A stretch of DNA of 64,000 nucleotides. It comes from an uncultured Gammaproteobacteria bacterium. Its GTDB lineage: Bacteria; Patescibacteriota; Patescibacteriia; UBA9934. Below the pieces are notes generated by a model, which searched no databases, was not told the DNA's origin, and saw only the letters and a list, made by a program, of their open reading frames with translations. The stretch is from positions 1,591 through 65,590 of the forward strand of contig CAYPWV010000004.1 in NCBI GenBank assembly GCA_964414795.1. Reading direction: 5' to 3'. The position numbers were made by a program, and so were the translations under genes. This document shows positions 58,059 through 64,000 of this stretch, in pieces (positions within the stretch are counted from its first letter, which is position 1; every line of letters starts with the position of its first letter).

Positions 58059-58802
58059 TTAAATGACGAACTTCCGTTCACGGCCGGTGATGACGCGCAG
58101 GCGCGCGGGGAGGGTGCGGAAGGAAAATTCTTGGGCGATGATTTTTTTTCCGTCGGCTTGAAGGGTTACTTGTTTTGGTGCGTAGACGCGCATGTTGGCA
58201 ACGTGCACTTTTCCTACGTCGTGCTTTTTTCCAAAAAGGGATAAACGAGCAAGACGGGTTACGAGCGTTAACTTTCCGTCGGTTGGGCTTACCACGCCTA
58301 CATCCGGCACTTCGGCGGAAAGATTAATATACGAAAATTGTGTTCGGCGTTTTACCGAAAGCGTGTAGCGGTCATCGCACGAAACCACACACCCTGTTCC
58401 GTCCATCGTTGCCTCGTGCAAAAACCGATGACCATTCACCTCGCCCATATCAATATCCTCAACCAAACGCGCAGAAAGAATGTCGCACGCTGCAACGCCC
58501 TGAGGAACGCCCAAAAGTTCTGCAAACGGATTGTCTGGAGTGATGGGAATGTAGCCCACCACGGTGCGCGTTTCTTCAACGGCATTGAGCACTTTTTCGA
58601 GCGTTGCATCGTTTCCTACTGCGACGATCGTTTTGATGCCTTTGCGAATTTCTTGGTGCAACACTTGCTGTACATCGCGAAAAAAAGCAAGCCGGACAAT
58701 GTTGCCGGTAATGCCAAGATCGGTAAGGCGCGTTTCTATGAGACTAATATCTCGCTCGTACCGCCGATCCTGAAGAAAATCATCGTAAACGTAGATGTAC
58801 AT
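58059..58802 (-). CDS. Diacylglycerol/lipid kinase catalytic-domain family protein (DAGK_cat/YegS-like)
   Basis: TIVAVGNDATLEKVLNAV resembles the GGDGT nucleotide-binding motif region. Confidence 0.55.
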   Translation of the reverse strand: MYIYVYDDFLQDRRYERDISLIETRLTDLGITGNIVRLAFFRDVQQVLHQEIRKGIKTIVAVGNDATLEKVLNAVEETRTVVGYIPITPDNPFAELLGVPQGVAACDILSARLVEDIDMGEVNGHRFLHEATMDGTGCVVSCDDRYTLSVKRRTQFSYINLSAEVPDVGVVSPTDGKLTLVTRLARLSLFGKKHDVGKVHVANMRVYAPKQVTLQADGKKIIAQEFSFRTLPARLRVITGRERKFVI

Positions 58803-58804
58803 GG

Positions 58805-59086
58805 GGGAAGTTGGAAGTTTGTAGTTGTTAGTTTGAAGTGAGTGGATGTTGTTTTGAGTAGGATCCTGAGCTCTGCGAAGGATCTATCGGACAACTAAGA
58901 GAGTCTTCTCATAAATGGGTTTCTCTAGATCCTTCCCTTCGGAGGACCTCAGGGCGCCGCGCAGAGCTCAGGATCTTGTGACCTGGAAGTTCCTTCGGTC
59001 GACTTGAAATCTCCCTCAGGATGACACACTAACCTAAAAGCCTTCCTTTCACTTCAAACTCTTAACTAAAAACTTCAAACTCTCAC
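58805..59086. repeat. MITE-like composite palindromic repeat, family A copy 4
   Basis: GTTGTTAGTTTGAAGTGAGTGGATG arm; GGATCCTGAGCTCTGCGAAGGATC with inverted partner GCAGAGCTCAGGATCTTG; terminal CACTTCAAACTCTTAACTAAAAACTTCAAACTCTCACC. Confidence 0.7.
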
Positions 59087-59479
59087 CTACTCTTCACTCT
59101 CCGCGCTCTTCTTTCCTCCTTTTTTCCCTACATTCACCACCTGCGCAGCTTCTTCACCCATGCGTACCGTACCATTTACCTGAGCGCCGGCGTTTACCGA
59201 AAGCACATCTACCGACAAATCGCCTGTAAACTTTGAAGAAGGCATAAGTTCAAGCTTTCCTAAAATGTGCATCGTACCTCGAACATCTCCCGAAATAACT
59301 GCATTTTGCGCACGAATATCGGCCTCAACCTTTGCGCCGTCACCAATACGCAAATCGCCTGCGGTGGTGATTGTTCCACGAACTTCTCCCTCAATAACAA
59401 TGTCCCCTTCTGCAATAAACTCTCCCTCAATACGGACACCGTGCGCAATGATTGTTTCGTTGTAGGTATTTTTTGCCAT
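59087..59479 (-). CDS. Bactofilin (polymer-forming cytoskeletal protein)
   Basis: Repetitive beta-helical bactofilin domain (GDIVIEGEVRGTITTAGDLRIGDGAKVEADIRAQNAVISGDVRG) with a charged tail. Confidence 0.75.
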   Translation of the reverse strand: MAKNTYNETIIAHGVRIEGEFIAEGDIVIEGEVRGTITTAGDLRIGDGAKVEADIRAQNAVISGDVRGTMHILGKLELMPSSKFTGDLSVDVLSVNAGAQVNGTVRMGEEAAQVVNVGKKGGKKSAESEE

Positions 59480-59496
59480 AAGATGGATAGAGTGTG

Positions 59497-61200
59497 TTAC
59501 ATTTCTTCAATTGCTGCAATGCCAAGGAGGCCTAGGGCGTTAATAAGCACCTGACGCACGGCGCTACAAAGTGCCAACCGCTCTGCGGTTCCCTCGAGAT
59601 CATCTTCTGAAAGGACGCGTACGGATTCGTAGTATCGAGCATATGTTTGTGCGACATCAAAGGCGTATTGAGCAATGACCGATGCCTTGAGCTGCAGTCC
59701 GGCTTGTAAAACGACTTCGGGATATCTCGCAATCGCCAGAAAAAGTTCGCGCTCGAGTGCGTGCCCTACGTGTGTTATTTCTTTTGCGGGCTTTACCCCT
59801 GCTTTTTTAAGGATGCTTGAAATGCGCGCGATGGTATACATCACGTAGGGTCCAGTAAATCCCTCAGCTGCCATCGCCTCTTCCATGGAGAAGGTGATCA
59901 CCTTATCTGGATCTTGTTTGAGCATGCCAAACTTGATGGAAGCAAAGAGCAGGGCTTTTGCCGTTTTTTGAACTTGCTTCTCTTTCCAATCTGCATGACG
60001 AGAGCGGATGGCTTCGACAAGTTTTTTCATCATGGTATCTCTTACGAGGCTCCACCGAATTGCCGTGCCCTTACGAGAGCTCATAGCGCCCTCGGGAAGA
60101 GTTACAAAATCATATCCCAAATGCACCACTTCTCGAGCAAAGCCCATTTTCTTGAGCGTTGCTGCAAGCTGCTTCATGGCAAGTGCCTGGCGAACGTCGA
60201 TTACATATAAGGAACGGTCTGCGTGATAATCTTGTTCTTTATGCAACGCAAGCGCGAGGTCTTTTGCGTTGTAGAGCAATGTTCCATCGGTTTTGCGCAG
60301 TAAATTTACTCCGAGTTTTTCTTCCTCAAGATCAACAATTGCTGCACCTTGAGACATTTTTGCAATGCCGTCGGTAAGCAACTTTTTTACAATTTCGTGT
60401 GACTCTTCAATGAAATCATGTTCGAGATAAATTTTATCGAGCTCTAAACCAAACTCGGCAAATACTTCTTTCAAACCGTCCATCGACCACTTGTGTGTTT
60501 TTTTCCAAAGCGCGACATGTGGACCTTCCATGTTTTCTAAATCGCGTTGGATTTGGGAAACTTCAGCCCGTTTTGTGTCATCATTTTCTACCGCTGCAAC
60601 GCCTTCAACATAGGCGGTATCGAGAAAGTTTAATTTATCTCCCTCTGGTTCAACGTCAGGATAAATATGCATCAGACCCCAAATACACTTTGCAACATTG
60701 TTTCCAAGATCGTTGATGTAGGAAACTGGAACAACCTCATATCCGTTTGCACGAAGGATCTCTACCGCGGATTGCCCGACGGTAAAATTGCGAATGTGCC
60801 CGATGTGGACATCTTTATGCGTGTTGAGATTTGCATACTCCACCATCACGCGTTTTCCTTTTCCGGTGGTTCCTTTTCCGTACCGACTCTTTTGCGTAAG
60901 AACATCCTTTACGGCATGTGCGGCAAAAGCATCGGTGTTGAATACAAAGTTTACATAGGGTCCAACTGCATGAATACGGCTAATAAGCGGGGATGGTCCG
61001 ATTTTTGCAGAAAGTTCGATAGCGATTTCCGCAGGATTGCGCTGCATGCCTTTTGCAAGTTGGAAACAGGGAAAGCTGAGATCTCCGTACTCTGGTTTTG
61101 GAGGTGCAGAAAGCATGTCACCCGTAACGGTGAATGTTTTGCCGATGTGCTTTTTAAGCGCGGTGAGCGCTTCTTTTTTTGCTTGTTGGAGGGCGTACAT
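59497..61200 (-). CDS. argS: Arginyl-tRNA synthetase
   Basis: Class I HIGH (DVHIGHIRN); C-terminal DALR anticodon-binding domain (..YAFDVAQTYARYYESVRVL..). Confidence 0.9.
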   Translation of the reverse strand: MYALQQAKKEALTALKKHIGKTFTVTGDMLSAPPKPEYGDLSFPCFQLAKGMQRNPAEIAIELSAKIGPSPLISRIHAVGPYVNFVFNTDAFAAHAVKDVLTQKSRYGKGTTGKGKRVMVEYANLNTHKDVHIGHIRNFTVGQSAVEILRANGYEVVPVSYINDLGNNVAKCIWGLMHIYPDVEPEGDKLNFLDTAYVEGVAAVENDDTKRAEVSQIQRDLENMEGPHVALWKKTHKWSMDGLKEVFAEFGLELDKIYLEHDFIEESHEIVKKLLTDGIAKMSQGAAIVDLEEEKLGVNLLRKTDGTLLYNAKDLALALHKEQDYHADRSLYVIDVRQALAMKQLAATLKKMGFAREVVHLGYDFVTLPEGAMSSRKGTAIRWSLVRDTMMKKLVEAIRSRHADWKEKQVQKTAKALLFASIKFGMLKQDPDKVITFSMEEAMAAEGFTGPYVMYTIARISSILKKAGVKPAKEITHVGHALERELFLAIARYPEVVLQAGLQLKASVIAQYAFDVAQTYARYYESVRVLSEDDLEGTAERLALCSAVRQVLINALGLLGIAAIEEM

Positions 61201-61289
61201 AGTAATGAGTTGGGCTAGTGGGGCTAGTAGGCTAGGTAAGAAACATGCTTATACCTAGCCCGCCTAGCACAACTAGCCTACTTTAGAAC

Positions 61290-62669
61290 TTATTTAACTA
61301 ATCTCACAAATCCTCTTTTTCCCTTCTGCAATACCAGTGGCAATGCAGAGGCATCAATCTTCATCTCTTCATCCTTCACTACTTCATTACCTACCTTCAC
61401 ACCTCCTTGCCCAATTAACTGACGAGCATTTGTTTTTGATGTGGCTAATTTGGTGTTCACGAGAATGTCGACAAGCGGCGTTCCGTCCGCAACGTGCACT
61501 TCGTCCATTTCTTCGGGTGCGGCATGCTCTTGGAAGACTTGGACGAAATGCGCACGAGCTTTCTCCCCTGCTTCGTTGCCATGATAGAGGCCAACGACAC
61601 GTTCTGCGAGTTCCATTTTAATATCACGAGGATTTTCTCCGGAGTCGAGGCGACTCTTTATGTTCGTGAGATCAGCTTCTGTTGCGTCGAGCACGTACGT
61701 GAAATATGACGTAATCATGCTATCGCCCATGGACATGATTTTTCCAAACATGTCCTCTGGTGCATCATCGATTGCAATCATACCGCCTTCTGATTTGCTC
61801 ATTTTCTTTCCTTCGTCGTTTGTCAGCAACTTTACTGCAACAACGAACTTTTCTTTTGGTTTGTGGCCAAGAACACCCGCTTTCATAAGCGTTCGACCTG
61901 CGAGCATGTTGAACGTTTGATCGTTTCCGCCAATTTCGATATCAACATCCATCGCAACAGAATCAAATCCTTGCATGAGCGGGTACATGAATTCGTGGAG
62001 ACCGATTGGAGATGGAGGTAAAAACTTACTCTTATCCCCTGCGATATAATTTAATTTTTTACAAACAGAACATTTTACTCGAGTTTCTTTAAAAATATCA
62101 CTATTTGTTTCTTCAAAAACCTCCAAAGATTCAAATGAAAATGGAGAGATGAAGGTATTTTTGCAAGAGTCGCAAATAATTTTCCAACTCGAACGCTTCT
62201 CGAACATGTCGCGTTCCATCATTTGTTGCACGGTAAATTGAGACGAAAGCTCAACAACTTCCTTGAGGGTCAATTTCGCGAGCCATTCGTCGTTGAATAG
62301 CATTTTTGCAGGATTTTCTCCGTCGAAGCGAATGATTTTTGCCGCTTGTCCTTTGTACGTTTGCGCGTTCGCCATCACTTCGTCGGCTGTGAGTTGCTTG
62401 CGGGTTGCAGCTTTGTCGGTTGGGTCACCGATCATTGCGGTAAATGAACCGATGAGCAAAATGACCTCGTGGCCGAGATCTTGAAACTCACGCAGCTTTT
62501 TGAACTGCATGGCATGGCCGATGTGGAGGTGGGGAGAAGTTGGATCAACACCCACGTACAAGCGGAGCTTTTTTCCGGATTCGAGAACCTTTTGGAGAGC
62601 TTCGGCAGTTGGATAGACGCGCTCGACGTTATGCGTGAGGACGTGGTTGATAGGATTAGGGATTTGCAT
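61290..62669 (-). CDS. tyrS: Tyrosyl-tRNA synthetase with Zn-ribbon insertion
   Basis: HIGH (SPHLHIGH), KMSKS (KMSKSEGG), C-terminal S4-like domain. Inserted CxxC..CxxC segment (CDSCKNTF..KCSVCKKLNY). Start chosen at MQIPNP because upstream ATGs lie inside the REP repeat. Confidence 0.85.
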   Translation of the reverse strand: MQIPNPINHVLTHNVERVYPTAEALQKVLESGKKLRLYVGVDPTSPHLHIGHAMQFKKLREFQDLGHEVILLIGSFTAMIGDPTDKAATRKQLTADEVMANAQTYKGQAAKIIRFDGENPAKMLFNDEWLAKLTLKEVVELSSQFTVQQMMERDMFEKRSSWKIICDSCKNTFISPFSFESLEVFEETNSDIFKETRVKCSVCKKLNYIAGDKSKFLPPSPIGLHEFMYPLMQGFDSVAMDVDIEIGGNDQTFNMLAGRTLMKAGVLGHKPKEKFVVAVKLLTNDEGKKMSKSEGGMIAIDDAPEDMFGKIMSMGDSMITSYFTYVLDATEADLTNIKSRLDSGENPRDIKMELAERVVGLYHGNEAGEKARAHFVQVFQEHAAPEEMDEVHVADGTPLVDILVNTKLATSKTNARQLIGQGGVKVGNEVVKDEEMKIDASALPLVLQKGKRGFVRLVK

Positions 62670-62680
62670 ATATGTACTTA

Positions 62681-62787
62681 TCGTCATGCCGGACACCGAT
62701 CCGGCATCCATCGTTTCTTGATGCGCTGGATCCCGGGTCGAGCCACTGTCGTTCGCGAACGACGTGGTCGAGCCCGGGATGACGAAG
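62681..62787. repeat. REP-like family B inverted pair with inner palindrome
   Basis: TCGTCATGCCGGACACCGATCCGGCATCCATCG ... GGATCCCGGGTCGAGCC-(ACTGTCGTTCGCGAACGACG)-TGGTCGAGCCCGGGATGACGAAG, between the valS stop and the tyrS start. Confidence 0.7.
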
Positions 62788-62794
62788 ACTCACC

Positions 62795-64000
62795 TTATTC
62801 TCCCACACTTTTTAATTCTCTACGAAGTGCATCGTGACGTGCCTGGGCGTCGGCGAGCTTTTGCTTTTCTTGGGCGATGACGTGCTCGGGAGCACGGGCA
62901 ACGAATTCGGCGTTTTCGAGCTTTGCAGAAAGTTGCGTGACGAACTTTTCTACGGATGCGATTTCTTTTTCTAATCGTTCGCGCTCTTTTGCAACGTCGA
63001 CCATACCCGCAAGAGGCATAGCGATGGTCATGCTGCCAACCACTGCTTTTGCAACTCCTTCGGATGGAATAACGTCCACGGACTCGATGGTGACGCGCGC
63101 CATTTTTTCGATCATGGTTTTGTCGGCACTGAGAGACGCCATAAATGGCGTCTCTACGAACACGTTCACCGTCGCTTTCTGATCCACCTTGTACTGCGCA
63201 CGGATATTACGGATTGCAACGATGACTTCTTGTACTTCAGCAAATTGCTTTTCTGCAGATTCGTTTACCAAATGCTTGAGATCATCAGCTTTCGGCCATT
63301 CAGCAACGATAATAAGTCCGCTTTTCCATTGCTTGTAGATTTCTTCGGTAACAAACGGCATGAAGGGGTGCCAGAGAATGAGGAGACGTTCGAGTATAAA
63401 CAAGAGGATATCGTCTTTTTTAGCCTGAAGGGAAGGTAATCCTTCTCCTTCAGGCTTTCCTTCTGCTTTCGCGATTTCAAGATACCAGTCGGCAAATTCT
63501 CCCCACGTAAAGTCGCGAAGGATTTCTCCGGCGAGCGACAGGTCGTATGACTCGTGCAGCTTTGTCACTTTTCCGACGACAGTTGCAAAGCGAGAAAGAA
63601 TCCACTTGTCTGCGAGGGTGTGGGGTGTTGGGAGTGGGGTGTGACGAACTTCAGAAACACCTCCGAGGACAAAACGGGAAATGTTCCACAGTTTGTTGGT
63701 AAAATTACGGAAGCCTGCAATTTTTTCTTCGGAAAGTTTGAGATCGTTTCCGGGAGTGTTGCCGAGCACAAGGGAAAGACGCGTTGCATCTGCACCGTAT
63801 TTTTCAATCATCGTTAGCGGATCGATAATATTGCCGAGCGATTTGCTCATTTTTCTTCCCTGTTCATCGCGCACAAGACCGTGCAGATAGACCGTTTTGA
63901 ACGGCACATCGTTCACCAAGTACGTTGACATGAGAATCATGCGCGCAACCCAAAAGAACAAAATATCGTATCCGGTTTCAAGAACGGAAGTGGGGTGATA
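62795..64000 (-). CDS. valS: Valyl-tRNA synthetase, C-terminal part (partial; continues past right window edge)
   Basis: KMSKSLGNIIDPL, the anticodon-binding region, and a C-terminal coiled coil (..LENAEFVARAPEHVIAQEKQKLADAQARHDALRREL). Confidence 0.85.
   Translation of the reverse strand, partial: YHPTSVLETGYDILFFWVARMILMSTYLVNDVPFKTVYLHGLVRDEQGRKMSKSLGNIIDPLTMIEKYGADATRLSLVLGNTPGNDLKLSEEKIAGFRNFTNKLWNISRFVLGGVSEVRHTPLPTPHTLADKWILSRFATVVGKVTKLHESYDLSLAGEILRDFTWGEFADWYLEIAKAEGKPEGEGLPSLQAKKDDILLFILERLLILWHPFMPFVTEEIYKQWKSGLIIVAEWPKADDLKHLVNESAEKQFAEVQEVIVAIRNIRAQYKVDQKATVNVFVETPFMASLSADKTMIEKMARVTIESVDVIPSEGVAKAVVGSMTIAMPLAGMVDVAKERERLEKEIASVEKFVTQLSAKLENAEFVARAPEHVIAQEKQKLADAQARHDALRRELKSVGE

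Noticed and set aside
61200-61290. Possible T-box leader between tyrS and argS
   Set aside because: Only ~90 nt, with one hairpin (GTAGGCTAGGTA…TACCTAGCC). This is too short for a T-box and no specifier or T-box consensus is recognisable; more likely a simple inter-cistronic hairpin.

Overview
This 64-kb window from an uncultivated-type bacterium mixes conserved housekeeping genes with several accessory insertions. I infer, without strong support, that it could be a CPR/Patescibacteria-like organism, from the short YidC, archaeal-type AspRS with GatCAB, and a giant Cys-rich surface protein. Housekeeping content includes tRNA-Asn followed by gatC-gatA-gatB-aspS, ftsEX, a murE-like ligase with a divIC-like gene and a parvulin, rsmA, two epimerases, prfB, groES/groEL, yidC, nusA, yraN, a DsbA-VKOR pair, bactofilin, and argS, tyrS and valS. 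Accessory regions are: (i) a partial serine recombinase at the left edge; (ii) a mobile/defense island at about 7.8-17.5 kb with a terS-like HTH gene, two paralogous DNA methyltransferases (one ParB-fused), a hypothetical gene, an OLD-family ATPase/TOPRIM plus UvrD-like helicase pair (Gabija/class-2 OLD-like), and an AT-rich cassette of small membrane proteins; (iii) a caspase-like (CHAT-type His/Cys dyad) protein; (iv) HicBA and MazF-like toxin-antitoxin genes; (v) visibly GC-rich islets encoding a collagen-like secreted protein, an M23 peptidase lipoprotein and a lipoprotein, bordered by an atypical tRNA-like gene; (vi) a 9.2-kb gene for a 3063-aa secreted, extremely Cys-rich giant protein preceded by a small membrane protein with Ca-binding repeats; (vii) two dispersed repeat families. 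One repeat family is a ~280-bp MITE-like composite palindrome with at least four copies. The other is a ~35-bp REP-like palindrome that usually occurs as inverted pairs, with one pair sitting in-frame inside a membrane-protein gene. No rRNA or CRISPR array was found. All functional calls come from motif recognition by eye and should be confirmed by database searches.
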